Positions 9,992-19,362 of a DNA stretch of 32,000 nucleotides are shown here, piece after piece. The notes under the pieces were generated by a model. It saw only the letters and a program-made list of their open reading frames with translations. It did no database searches and was not told the origin of the DNA. The position numbers were made by a program, and so were the translations under genes. Position 1 is the first letter of the stretch; every line of letters starts with the position of its first letter. Origin of the DNA: Patescibacteria group bacterium (lineage in GTDB: Bacteria > Patescibacteriota > Patescibacteriia > 2-01-FULL-39-33); NCBI GenBank assembly GCA_041649575.1, contig JBAZMW010000004.1:103131-135130 (forward strand), in the 5' to 3' direction.

Positions 9992-11196
9992 TATTGGGGT
10001 GGTTTTTTTTGCTCATTTGCCAGGTGTTTTTTAGTAAAATAGCTAAATTTACCCAATTTTATATAATCATCTACTTTTTTGTTAATCAATTTGTCTAAAA
10101 CGTGAAAACGGCGTTTTTTTTCGATAAATGGCACATTGTCGGTGAACTTTTTGGCAGCCATGGTGCCAATTCGAGGTGAATAACAAGCGATATAGGCTAG
10201 ATTAAAACCCACCTTCTTATATAAGTCGACGGTTCGACCAAATTGTTTCACAGTTTCGCCAGGAAAACCCACAATAATATCGGTGGTAAAACTAGCATCG
10301 GGCACTTGTTTTTTTATTTTTTTTATTAACTTTAAATATTCTTCCCTAGTATAGAGGCGGTTCATCTTTTTCAAAATGGTATTGTCACCAGCTTGGACCG
10401 GCAAATGGATTTCACGGTTGATTTGAGGATGGCTGGCAATCACTTTAATCAGTTGGTCGGAAAAATCCCAAGGGTTGGCAGAAATAAAGGATATTTTTTT
10501 GAATTTTTTTATTTTGGCGATTTCTTCCAGAAGATAGGGAAACAAGGTCGGAATTCTAGTTTTACCTAAACTTTTTACTAAGATCGGCTCAACTTTTTTA
10601 CCATCGGGCAATTTGAATTTTTTGTTTTTAACGACTAAGTCTGCGCCGTAGGAATTTACATTTTGTCCGATGAGCGTGATTTCGCTGTAGCCACGTCGTG
10701 CCAGATTCTTGGCTTCTTTAATTATATCAATAAAGGATCGGGAAATTTCTCGGCCGCGCGCCAAGGGTACAATGCAATAAGAGCAGGCGTTATTACAACC
10801 GTTGCCGATAGAAACAAAAGCATGTCTTTTGTCTGATCTGGTTGGCGACAGTGAGAAAAATTTTTCTATCGGTACGCATTCACAATCAGCGGAGATTTTT
10901 TTTAATTTTCCTCTTCTGACGCCCGATGGCTCGCGGCTAGCTGCGCCGACTAAACAACCAGTAATTATTATTTTTAACTGGGGATTTTTTTTCTGAAGCT
11001 GTTTTAATTTTTTAATTAAGCCATAGGCGCGATTCTCGGCCGCTTCGCGGACAACACAAGTGTTAATAATAGCCACAGTAGCTGTGGCTGGGTTGTTGGT
11101 TGGTCGGTAGCCGAGTTTTTGGTAGCGGCTGACAATTTTTTCCGAGTCGGCGACATTGCCTTGGCAACCGAAAGTTTTGAGGTAGAAAGTTTTCAT
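9988..11196 (-). CDS. miaB: MiaB-type tRNA methylthiotransferase (radical SAM)
   Basis: MKTFYLKTFGCQGNVADSEKI..., NTCVVREAAENRAYG, GNGCNNACSYCIVPLARGREISR, LIGQNVNSYG, and TDIIVGFPGET. The annotated upstream extension is inside the tRNA. Confidence 0.88.
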   Translation of the reverse strand: MKTFYLKTFGCQGNVADSEKIVSRYQKLGYRPTNNPATATVAIINTCVVREAAENRAYGLIKKLKQLQKKNPQLKIIITGCLVGAASREPSGVRRGKLKKISADCECVPIEKFFSLSPTRSDKRHAFVSIGNGCNNACSYCIVPLARGREISRSFIDIIKEAKNLARRGYSEITLIGQNVNSYGADLVVKNKKFKLPDGKKVEPILVKSLGKTRIPTLFPYLLEEIAKIKKFKKISFISANPWDFSDQLIKVIASHPQINREIHLPVQAGDNTILKKMNRLYTREEYLKLIKKIKKQVPDASFTTDIIVGFPGETVKQFGRTVDLYKKVGFNLAYIACYSPRIGTMAAKKFTDNVPFIEKKRRFHVLDKLINKKVDDYIKLGKFSYFTKKHLANEQKKPPQY

Positions 11197-11282
11197 GGTG
11201 CCTTGGGAGGGACTCGAACCCTCAATCCCTTGCGGGAACATGCTCCTAAGGCATGCGCGTATACCAATTCCGCCACCAAGGC
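11196..11282 (-). tRNA. tRNA-Leu(TAG), CCA encoded
   Basis: Minus strand GCCTTGG TG GCGG..., CATGC CTTAGGA GCATG, variable arm, GAGGG TTCGAGT CCCTC, CCAAGGC A CCA. Confidence 0.95.
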
Positions 11283-11477
11283 ATATTGCTAATCAAAATG
11301 ATTTTGCCGTCTATATTTTTTAACCGTTAAGTATACCAATTCTCCGCCTCGGCTTCGCCTTCGGCGAGACGAGCGCCACCAAGGCCTAAAACTATCTTTA
11401 AGATAATTAAAAAGCGCTATTTTGTCAATAAAAAAATAATGATATAATAAATAAAAAATAATTAACAAAAATAAAAA

Positions 11478-14048
11478 ATGAACAGGAGGATTTTTTTATT
11501 TGTCTCTGTGATTCTGACAGGGATTTTTTTGTCGGGAAATATCTCTGCGGTTCTGGCACAAGACATCATACCGGTAAACAGCGGCGATTTATCTGTGTTT
11601 ACCGATTGGGCTTGTACCAATTGCGGGCAAGGGTCGCCATCGGGAAACAAGTATATAATTATGACAGCCAGCAGCTCCGTCCTGATTTCGCCGATAGTTG
11701 ATTTGAGCGCCTATACTAATCAGAAATTGGATTTTAAAGCGCGGACATATGGCGGTGTCAGCACCAGCAGCCCGGAAGTAACCATAAAAATTTCCACGGA
11801 CAGCGGGGTTAATTGGAATTTATTGGCCGGCGCTTTGGCGACCACCACTAATTTGACGGCGCAACCGACCATTGATTTGTCCGCTTATAACAGTTTCGCG
11901 AAGATAAAATTTGAGTCCTTGGGAGCGACCGGTTCCCAAGGAGTCGGCCTGGATGATATTGCCCTCACCGGGCTGTCAATAAACAATCCGCCCGTGGCGC
12001 TAATAAGCATGAGCACAACGACCGCGGAAGTAAATCAAATAATAAATTTCGACGCCAGCGCTTCGGCCGACGACGGCACTATCGTTGGCTATGATTGGGA
12101 CTTGGGCAATGGCGCGACAAGCAGTGGCTCACTAATTGCTTATGCCTATCCGGCGGCGGGAAATTTCACAGTCAACTTAACCGTGACCGATGACGGCGGA
12201 CTGGCTAATACTACCAGCACGGTAATTACCATTAATGATTTAACCGCGACCTCCACACCAGCAGAAATAAAAATTGGTGACGTGGTGATAAACGAATTTT
12301 TATCTTATGCGGAAACCGGCGACAAAGAGTGGGTGGAGTTTTACAACAACAGCACCTCGACCATTGATTTAAACGGCTGGACTCTAAGCGACAATTCTTC
12401 GACCACCACGATTTCTGGAATTATCGAGGCTACCGGCACGGCGCGATTTTTGGTTTGGGAATTTAGTAGCGGCAAGCTAAACAATGCCGGCGATATTATC
12501 ACCATAAAAGACGGGACGGGAAAAATAATCGATCGGGTGGCCTATGGCGATTTCGATGATGGCGATAAAGACGACAACGCTCCGGAGGCGGGAAAAAATT
12601 ATACTACCGCCAGAAAAGTTGACGGCTTGAACTCTGGCAGTAATAAAAGTGATTTTTTAGAAACTATTACCCCGACCAAAGGATTACCAAACATTATTAC
12701 ACCAAAACCCGCTCCCCCCTCTTCGGGTGGCGGTGGCGGAGGCAGCGCCGCACCCAGTCGTCAGCCAAAAGAGCAGCCCAAAGTAGCCACGACCACGGAA
12801 AAGATAGTTGTTAATTTTTCGGGAAAGATTATCATCAATGAGCTACTGCCCAATCCCGACGGCGATGATGAGGAAGGAGAATTTATTGAACTCAAAAATC
12901 TAGACGACAGGGAAATTAATCTGGCTGGTTGGCAACTAGCCGACAACAGTAATAAAAAATACACACTCGCCTCTTCAACTATAACAGTAGGAGGATTTTT
13001 GGTGGTAAAAAGGATTGATTCGCAAATCGCCTTAAATAATTCCGGCGTGGAAGCGGCTAATTTGTATTCACCAGACGGCAAGCTGGTCGACCGTGTAGAA
13101 TATATTGGCCCGGCTAAAGACGATTGTTCTTACAGTCGTAATAAAGATGGCAAGTGGCAGTGGAGCGTTAAGCTGACTCCGGGAGAAGAAAATATTTCCG
13201 AAAGCGAAGAGACGGCTCTAACCGCGACTGGTGCAGAAGAAGAAGCTGACAACGAGCCGACAGCGGCCAAAAAAACCAGCGCTACAAAAGCGAAAGACTC
13301 CAGCGGTGGCGCTAAAACTACAAAAGTAGCAACCAGTTATTATGTCGGCGAAGTGGCTTTGGAAAAAATTCGGGAGCTGGAATTGGGAGCTAAAATTAAA
13401 GTCAAAGGCGTGGTAGCGGTGGAGCCCGGTGTTTTGGGCAGCCAAATTTTTTATCTGGCTGGTTCCGGGATACAGGTTTATTGTTATAAAAAAGATTTTC
13501 CAAATTTAAAACCCGGAGACTACATCGAGGTTAGCGGTGAATTGTCGGAAAGCGGCGGCGAGAGAAGAATAAAAATAACTCAAAAAAGCGATATTAGTAT
13601 TTTGGCCGGCGGCAAAAATCTAGAGCCGGAGAAAGTAGCCACGGCCGATGTTGGCGAGGATTTGGAGGGGTCGCTAGTGACGGTGGAGGGAGAAATAATT
13701 GAAATAAAAGGTAGCAACCTATATTTGGATGACGGTTCGGGAGAAACCAAGGTTTATATTAAGAGTTCAACGGGAATTGTTTTGAAAACTTTGGGTTTGC
13801 AGGAAGGAGAAAAGGTTAAAGTTACTGGCATTATTTCCCAAACCAGTGGTGGTTATCGGCTGCTGCCTCGTTATCAGAAAGATTTGGAAAAAATAGGAGA
13901 GGTCAAAGGAGCGACAGAAGCCGCGCCGCCAGTTAGCGTCCAAAAAAGTTCAGTCTGGCTGAAATATCTAGCGGCAATTATTGGATTTTTACTGGTGGTG
14001 ATTGGCTGGCTGGTTAAAAAATACGTGTTGCCAAAAAAATCAAGCTGA
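11478..14048 (+). CDS. Large secreted/surface protein with PKD-like, two lamin-tail-like (LTD) and OB-fold-like regions and a C-terminal TM anchor
   Basis: Signal peptide MNRRIFLFVSVILTGIFLSGNISAVLAQ; PKD-type DASASADDGTIVGYDWDLGNG; INEFLSYAETGDKEWVEFYNNS and INELLPNPDGDDEEGEFIELKNLDD; C-terminal WLKYLAAIIGFLLVVIGWLVKKYVLPKK. Confidence 0.85.
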   Translation: MNRRIFLFVSVILTGIFLSGNISAVLAQDIIPVNSGDLSVFTDWACTNCGQGSPSGNKYIIMTASSSVLISPIVDLSAYTNQKLDFKARTYGGVSTSSPEVTIKISTDSGVNWNLLAGALATTTNLTAQPTIDLSAYNSFAKIKFESLGATGSQGVGLDDIALTGLSINNPPVALISMSTTTAEVNQIINFDASASADDGTIVGYDWDLGNGATSSGSLIAYAYPAAGNFTVNLTVTDDGGLANTTSTVITINDLTATSTPAEIKIGDVVINEFLSYAETGDKEWVEFYNNSTSTIDLNGWTLSDNSSTTTISGIIEATGTARFLVWEFSSGKLNNAGDIITIKDGTGKIIDRVAYGDFDDGDKDDNAPEAGKNYTTARKVDGLNSGSNKSDFLETITPTKGLPNIITPKPAPPSSGGGGGGSAAPSRQPKEQPKVATTTEKIVVNFSGKIIINELLPNPDGDDEEGEFIELKNLDDREINLAGWQLADNSNKKYTLASSTITVGGFLVVKRIDSQIALNNSGVEAANLYSPDGKLVDRVEYIGPAKDDCSYSRNKDGKWQWSVKLTPGEENISESEETALTATGAEEEADNEPTAAKKTSATKAKDSSGGAKTTKVATSYYVGEVALEKIRELELGAKIKVKGVVAVEPGVLGSQIFYLAGSGIQVYCYKKDFPNLKPGDYIEVSGELSESGGERRIKITQKSDISILAGGKNLEPEKVATADVGEDLEGSLVTVEGEIIEIKGSNLYLDDGSGETKVYIKSSTGIVLKTLGLQEGEKVKVTGIISQTSGGYRLLPRYQKDLEKIGEVKGATEAAPPVSVQKSSVWLKYLAAIIGFLLVVIGWLVKKYVLPKKSS

Positions 14049-14077
14049 TTTTTGCCAGCTTTTTATTAAAAATAATA

Positions 14078-15037
14078 TTAACCGCGCCAAAGGAGAAAAA
14101 CCAAATAAATTAAGTAGGCGCAGACCAGGCCAATGCCCTCATAGCGTTCAATGTGTCCTTTGCGCTTGCCGGTCAAGACGAAATAGAAAAGAACAAAGGT
14201 GGCAATGATTAAGACGGTGATGTCGATATTGAGCTGGGCGTTGAAAGCCAATGGCCGGATTAAGGCGCTGACGCCTAAAATAAAAGAAGTATTAAAAATA
14301 ATTGAGCCGATAATGTTGCCAACGGCAAAGTCGGCATTCTTTTTAAAAGCGGCAGTGGCTGAAGTGATAATTTCTGGCAAGGTGCTGCCTATCGAAATAA
14401 CAGTCAGGCCAATAAGCGCTTGACTTACGCCCAAGGATTTAGCCAGGCTGGTGGCGCTACCAACCACCCAATTGCCGCCTATACACAATCCGACAATGCC
14501 GATAACAATGTAGGCCAAAGACAGCGGGAGGCGATGTTCTGTAAAATCGGAGTGCTCGTTTTTTTTGGCTTTGGCGATGCCAAGAGTGTAATAAATAAAA
14601 ATCAAAAAAAAGCCTAATAGAATAATTCCGTCCCAACGGCTGATGGCCAGTGAGTCGCCGCTATTTAAGAGCAGGTTGTTGGCCAAAATAATTAAGATGG
14701 CGATGGCCAAAAGTCCCAGCGGAATTTCACGCCAAGTGGTATTGCTTTTGATTTTAATGGGATAGACAATCGCTGCGATACCGCCGACCAAGAGGATGTT
14801 GGAGATATTGGCGCCAATGGCATTGCCAATAGCCAGGTCGGCTGAATTTTTGAAATTTGACAGGATGTTGACGATTAATTCTGGTAGCGAGGTGCCAAAG
14901 GCGACAATAGTCAGCCCGATGGCTAAATTGGAGATTTTGAATTTTTTGGCTAGCGAAGAGGCGCCATCAACCAAAAAACCGGCGCCTTTAATGAGAAAAA
15001 TAAAACCTAAGATTAAAAGAGTGAGGTTGGCCAGCAT
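14078..15037 (-). CDS. Calcium/sodium antiporter (CaCA superfamily)
   Basis: Two alpha-repeat-like motifs, GLTIVAFGTSLPELIVN and GLTVISIGSTLPEIITS, in a multi-TM protein. Confidence 0.9.
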   Translation of the reverse strand: MLANLTLLILGFIFLIKGAGFLVDGASSLAKKFKISNLAIGLTIVAFGTSLPELIVNILSNFKNSADLAIGNAIGANISNILLVGGIAAIVYPIKIKSNTTWREIPLGLLAIAILIILANNLLLNSGDSLAISRWDGIILLGFFLIFIYYTLGIAKAKKNEHSDFTEHRLPLSLAYIVIGIVGLCIGGNWVVGSATSLAKSLGVSQALIGLTVISIGSTLPEIITSATAAFKKNADFAVGNIIGSIIFNTSFILGVSALIRPLAFNAQLNIDITVLIIATFVLFYFVLTGKRKGHIERYEGIGLVCAYLIYLVFLLWRG

Positions 15038-15049
15038 GGGATGACTATT

Positions 15050-17554
15050 TTAGATTAAGGTCACATTAGCCACAGTGTCCTTTTCTTCCTTGAAGCGCAT
15101 AACGCGGACACCCTGGGTATCGCGGCCGAGGACATTGACGTCTTTGACGCTCAAACGAATCACCTGTCCCTGATTGGAAATGACAATCAGGTCATTAGTG
15201 TCGCTATAGATGATTTTGCCGCTGACTATTTTTCCTGTTTTAGAATTAATTTTGGCGGTTTTGATGCCGCTGCCGCCACGTCCCTGCACTTTATAGGCGT
15301 TAAGCTTAGTCTGTTTGCCAAAGCCATTTTCCATAATTACCAGCAGGTTGGCGATCTTGTCATCTTTTTGGTTGAAGATTCCCATGCCGACAATTTTGTC
15401 GTTGGTTTTTAGTTTAAGGCCGCGGACACCGGAAGCAGCGCGACCCATTGGCCGCACATTGGCTTCTTTGAAACGGATCGCTTGGCCGTTGGCGGTGACT
15501 AGGATGATATTTTCGTCGCCTTTGGAAGGCATGACCCATTCCAAATTGTCGTTGTTTTTGATTTTGATGGCGATGAGCCCGGAGCGGCGGACGTTGGTAA
15601 AATCTTCGATGGGCGTTTTTTTGATAGTGCCGCCACTAGTAACCATAACTAAAAATTTATCGTTTTCGACATTAGTCAAAGGCAGAATGGCAGAAACTTT
15701 TTCGTTGGGCGCGAGCTGTAAAAAGTTGACTAACGCCTGGCCCTTGGCGGTGCGGGAGGCTTGAGGCACATCATAGCCCTTGAGCTGGAAAACGCGGCCG
15801 CGGTTGGTAAAAAACAACACATCGGCGTGAGTGGAAGTGAGGAAAAAGTGCTCCACGCTGTCTTCTTCTTTGGTGGTGAGCCCGATAACGCCTTTGCCGC
15901 CACGCCCTTGTTTTTTGAAGGTGTCGGGGGGCAGGCGTTTGATATAGCCGTCATTGGTGACCATGACGATCATTTCTTCATTGGGCACCAAATCTTCCAT
16001 GGTGAAACTGTCGACGCCGTGGGCGACAATTTGCGTTCGGCGCGGCTGGGAATATTTATTTTTTAGTTCGATAATTTCTTCTTTAATGATACTCAAAATT
16101 CTGGCGGGAGATTTGAGGATTGTCTCCAATTCTTTAATCAACTTTTGTTTTTCTTTAAGTTCGGTTTCCACCTTGATTCTTTCCAGGTTGGCCAATTGTT
16201 GCAGGCGCATCTCTAAGATGGCTACGGCCTGTCGGTCGCTAAGTTTGAATTTTTTGATTAGATTTTCTTTGGCCTGCTCTTTGTCTTTGGATTTTTTAAT
16301 GGTGTCTATCACTTGGTCGATTTTGGCCAAAGCCAAAACCAAACCTTCCAAAATATGAGCCCGGTCTTTGGTTTTTTCCAGATCAAAGCGTGTCCGGCGA
16401 GTGATTACTTCTTGGCGGTGTTTGAGGTATTCTTCCAAAATGGTTTTGAGCGTCAGAATGCGGGGCTGGATACCGTCAACCAAAGCCAGCATATTGAAAT
16501 GAAAAGTGGTTTGCAGGGCGGTATGCTTGAAAAGTTGATTGAGAATTTTCTTGGGGTAGGAATCTTTTTTTAACTCGATAACTATGCGCACGCCGTCCTT
16601 ATTGGATTCGTCGCGTAAATCTTTAATGCCTTCGATTTTTTTGTCTTTGACCAGCTCGGCGATTTTTTCCAAAAGCACCGCCTTATTGGTTTGATAGGGT
16701 ACCTCGGAAACAATAATTTGATTGCCGCCGCCTTTCATTTCTTCGATATTGGTTTTGGCGCGGCAAACAATGCCGCCTTTGCCGGAGGCGTAGGCCTGCT
16801 TGATGTCTTTGAGGCTGTAAAGAATACCGCCAGTCGGTAAGTCCGGGCCTTTAATAAATTTCAGCAAATCGTCAAGATCGCAATCAGGATTGTCGATCAG
16901 ATGCACGGTGGCTTCAATCACTTCGTTGAGGTTGTGCGGGTAAATATTGGTAGCCATGCCGACGGCGATGCCCTGGGTGCCATTAATCAAGAGGTTGGGC
17001 AGCTTGGCTGGCAAAACCAGCGGTTCCTGATGAGCGCCGTCGTAGTTGGCAACAAAATTGACAGTGTTTTTGTCGATGTCAAAAAGCATCTCCTCGGCAA
17101 TGCCCGAGAGTTTGGTTTCTGTATAACGCATAGCGGCGGCGCTGTCGCCATCCATTGAGCCGAAGTTGCCCTGGCCGTTGACCAGCGGATAGCGCAGAGA
17201 GAAATTTTGCGCCAGGCGCACCAAAGTATCGTAAATAGCCATATCGCCATGCGGGTGGTATTTGGCCATTACTTCGCCGACCACGTTAGCCGATTTTCTG
17301 AATTTGGCGTTGGCTTTCAGGCCGATGTCCCACATCGCGTAAAGCACACGGCGGTGAACCGGTTTTAGGCCGTCCCGGACATCCGGCAGAGCGCGGGAAA
17401 CAATAACCGACATGGCATAATCCAAATAACTCTGCTGGACCTCCAGGCTGATTGGCTGGGCAAAAACATTTGGTTCGCTAACGGAATTATTTTCGGTCGT
17501 TGAAATATTAGTGGTTTTGTTTTCTTCTTTGGCTGCTGTTTTTTTCTTGGCCAT
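15050..17554 (-). CDS. gyrA: DNA gyrase subunit A
   Basis: [32 protein letters not shown], the AAAMRYTE catalytic-Tyr motif, and a GyrA-box-like QGRGGKG. Confidence 0.95.
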   Translation of the reverse strand: MAKKKTAAKEENKTTNISTTENNSVSEPNVFAQPISLEVQQSYLDYAMSVIVSRALPDVRDGLKPVHRRVLYAMWDIGLKANAKFRKSANVVGEVMAKYHPHGDMAIYDTLVRLAQNFSLRYPLVNGQGNFGSMDGDSAAAMRYTETKLSGIAEEMLFDIDKNTVNFVANYDGAHQEPLVLPAKLPNLLINGTQGIAVGMATNIYPHNLNEVIEATVHLIDNPDCDLDDLLKFIKGPDLPTGGILYSLKDIKQAYASGKGGIVCRAKTNIEEMKGGGNQIIVSEVPYQTNKAVLLEKIAELVKDKKIEGIKDLRDESNKDGVRIVIELKKDSYPKKILNQLFKHTALQTTFHFNMLALVDGIQPRILTLKTILEEYLKHRQEVITRRTRFDLEKTKDRAHILEGLVLALAKIDQVIDTIKKSKDKEQAKENLIKKFKLSDRQAVAILEMRLQQLANLERIKVETELKEKQKLIKELETILKSPARILSIIKEEIIELKNKYSQPRRTQIVAHGVDSFTMEDLVPNEEMIVMVTNDGYIKRLPPDTFKKQGRGGKGVIGLTTKEEDSVEHFFLTSTHADVLFFTNRGRVFQLKGYDVPQASRTAKGQALVNFLQLAPNEKVSAILPLTNVENDKFLVMVTSGGTIKKTPIEDFTNVRRSGLIAIKIKNNDNLEWVMPSKGDENIILVTANGQAIRFKEANVRPMGRAASGVRGLKLKTNDKIVGMGIFNQKDDKIANLLVIMENGFGKQTKLNAYKVQGRGGSGIKTAKINSKTGKIVSGKIIYSDTNDLIVISNQGQVIRLSVKDVNVLGRDTQGVRVMRFKEEKDTVANVTLI

Positions 17555-17558
17555 AAGT

Positions 17559-18449
17559 TTATTTTATAAATTTAAGACTGGATAAAATTTGGCTAAAGAC
17601 CGGCTCGAATAAGTCCTGGCCGCCTCGCGAATAAACATTAATTTCATAAATATTTTTTTGCTGGCCAGCATAGACCAAATAAGAAATATCTTTTTCTTCC
17701 ATTGTTTGTTTTAGATATTTTAAGGCCGGCTGTCCGTCGATAAAGAGCTTATTCTTGTCTGGCAGGTAATCGCTCAAATCCCCTTGATTTAATTTGAGCC
17801 ATTCTTCCAGTTTCAGTTTATTAGTGCTGGTTTTTTTAGTGATGATTACCTGGCCCAAAATTTTGGGCGTGCTGGTGGCCGGGCTGTAGCTGGTGAGCAT
17901 CAGGGTGTCGGCTGCTTCTTTTTTATACCAGTCGGGCGGATAGCGCAAGGAAAGGTTTAGGATTTCCGAAGAGTGTTGCGGCCAGTTGTCGCTGTTTAGG
18001 TTAATTTGCAGTTTTTGAATGATGTCGTTTTTTACTTGTTCCAGCTGGCTTTTTTGTTCTGGGACGGCAGTTTCTTGGGCCAGATTTTTCTGGGAGTCGT
18101 TAATGATGCCGCGCAGATCGGTCAGAGCCTGATCAAGGTTTTGTCCCAGGTCGTAGTCGCTACTGCTTTTTAACGCCTCTTTAACATTATTTTTCATCGT
18201 CCAAAACCAAAAAACCAAGACTATCAAAGCCAAAACTCCAACCACCAGCCAGGTTAGTTTTGATTTTTTTTCAACCTCACCGTCTGGCTCATTAATGACA
18301 ATATAGCTGTTTTTTTTCGCTGCCGCTGTTTCAGCTGGTTTGGCCGTGTTGATGCTGGGAGCGGAAATCTTTTTTCTGCTTCTAATAATTTTCTTGCTGG
18401 CACCTTTGGCGCCGCCGGTTTTGGTTTTTTTGCTTTTAGCCGCAGGCAT
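17559..18449 (-). CDS. Membrane-anchored hypothetical protein, possibly PsbP-like C-terminus
   Basis: Lys-rich N-terminus, one TM ([19 protein letters not shown]), then [15 protein letters not shown]... Confidence 0.65.
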   Translation of the reverse strand: MPAAKSKKTKTGGAKGASKKIIRSRKKISAPSINTAKPAETAAAKKNSYIVINEPDGEVEKKSKLTWLVVGVLALIVLVFWFWTMKNNVKEALKSSSDYDLGQNLDQALTDLRGIINDSQKNLAQETAVPEQKSQLEQVKNDIIQKLQINLNSDNWPQHSSEILNLSLRYPPDWYKKEAADTLMLTSYSPATSTPKILGQVIITKKTSTNKLKLEEWLKLNQGDLSDYLPDKNKLFIDGQPALKYLKQTMEEKDISYLVYAGQQKNIYEINVYSRGGQDLFEPVFSQILSSLKFIK

Positions 18450-18461
18450 GGGAGAAAATGA

Positions 18462-19109
18462 TTAAGGTTTAAAAATAATAATTTTGGTTTCTTCTTGAGG
18501 CAGATCTTTCTTGTTGATTTTTAGTTTGTCCAAAGTTTCGCTGGGCAGGCCAGACTCCTTTAAAAATTTTTCCACTCCGTCCACCTGCTCTTTAAAAAGA
18601 GGGCTTTTGTAGTGCATTGGTATCACCAGGCGCGGTTCGACTTCGCCAATGATCTCGTTGGCTTTCTTGGCGTCAATAGTAAAAACACCGCCAACAGGAA
18701 TCATTAGAATATCAACATCACCCAATTTTTCTATCTGTTCGTCGCTAAGCAGATGCCCCAAATCTCCCAAGTGCACCAGATTTATCCCTTCCGTATTGAT
18801 ACGGTAGATGATGTTAGCGCCTCTTTCTTGGCCGGCTTGCTCGTCGTGCCAGGCAGGGATGCCGTAGATAAAGATGCCTTTGGTCTCATATTCGCCGGGG
18901 CCTCTGACGACGAAAGGATCTCCCATAATGGCGTTTAAGTTATTATGGTCGTCGTGATCGTGAGAGATGGTGACTACGTCGGCCTTGAATTTAGGAACGC
19001 CTGAAGAGCAGAACTGAGTGCCATAAGGATCGGTGGCAATAATTATTTCTTCGCCATTATTCTTGGTTTGGATTTTAAAACAAGAATGGCCGAGCCATTG
19101 AATTTGCAT
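18462..19109 (-). CDS. MBL-fold metal-dependent hydrolase (UlaG/UPF0173-like)
   Basis: MQIQWLGHSCFKIQT, VVTISHDHDDHNNL, VHLGDLGHLL, and VIPMHYKS. Confidence 0.88.
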   Translation of the reverse strand: MQIQWLGHSCFKIQTKNNGEEIIIATDPYGTQFCSSGVPKFKADVVTISHDHDDHNNLNAIMGDPFVVRGPGEYETKGIFIYGIPAWHDEQAGQERGANIIYRINTEGINLVHLGDLGHLLSDEQIEKLGDVDILMIPVGGVFTIDAKKANEIIGEVEPRLVIPMHYKSPLFKEQVDGVEKFLKESGLPSETLDKLKINKKDLPQEETKIIIFKP

Positions 19110-19182
19110 AAGTTTAATGCTAAGATTATTGAGTTAATACAAAAATATTTTACAACATTTTTAGTTTTAATTCAAGTGATTC

Positions 19183-19254
19183 GTCCTCGTAGTTCAGTGG
19201 ATAGAACAAGGGACTCCTAAGCCCTAGACACAGGTTCGATTCCTGTCGAGGACA
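19183..19254 (+). tRNA. tRNA-Arg(CCT)
   Basis: GTCCTCG/CGAGGAC, AGGG..CTCCTAA..CCCT loop, ACAGG TTCGATT CCTGT. Confidence 0.93.
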
Positions 19255-19309
19255 TAAAAGAAAAATAGAAAATTAATCGGCGGGGTGAGATTCCTGTCGA
19301 GGACATAAA
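19238..19309 (+). repeat. Direct repeat of the tRNA-Arg 3' end
   Basis: GATTCCTGTCGAGGACATAAA at 19238-19258 and again at 19289-19309 (offset 51 nt). Confidence 0.85.
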
Positions 19310-19317
19310 TAAAGAAG

Positions 19318-19345
19318 CCGTTAGCCGGAGCAATCCGGCTAACGG
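19318..19345 (-). terminator. Perfect 12-bp stem with tetraloop at the 3' end of the radical SAM gene
   Basis: CCGTTAGCCGGA-GCAA-TCCGGCTAACGG. Confidence 0.65.
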
Positions 19346-19362
19346 TTGTTTGTGCTTGGTCT

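Noticed and set aside
9988-11241. Upstream extension MFPQGIEGSSPSQGT of the miaB ORF
   Set aside because: These codons are read through tRNA-Leu(TAG); homologs begin at MKTFYLKTFGC.
11462-14208. ORFs 11462-11650(-), 12761-13081(-), 13218-13445(-) and 14002-14208(+)
   Set aside because: They overlap well-supported genes and lack SDs or motifs.
15315-17250. Antisense ORFs across gyrA (15315-15764, 15761-16066, 15954-16358, 16313-16573, 16901-17158) and same-strand alternate frames (15730-15954, 16987-17250)
   Set aside because: They overlap a well-supported gyrA frame and show no family motifs or SD.
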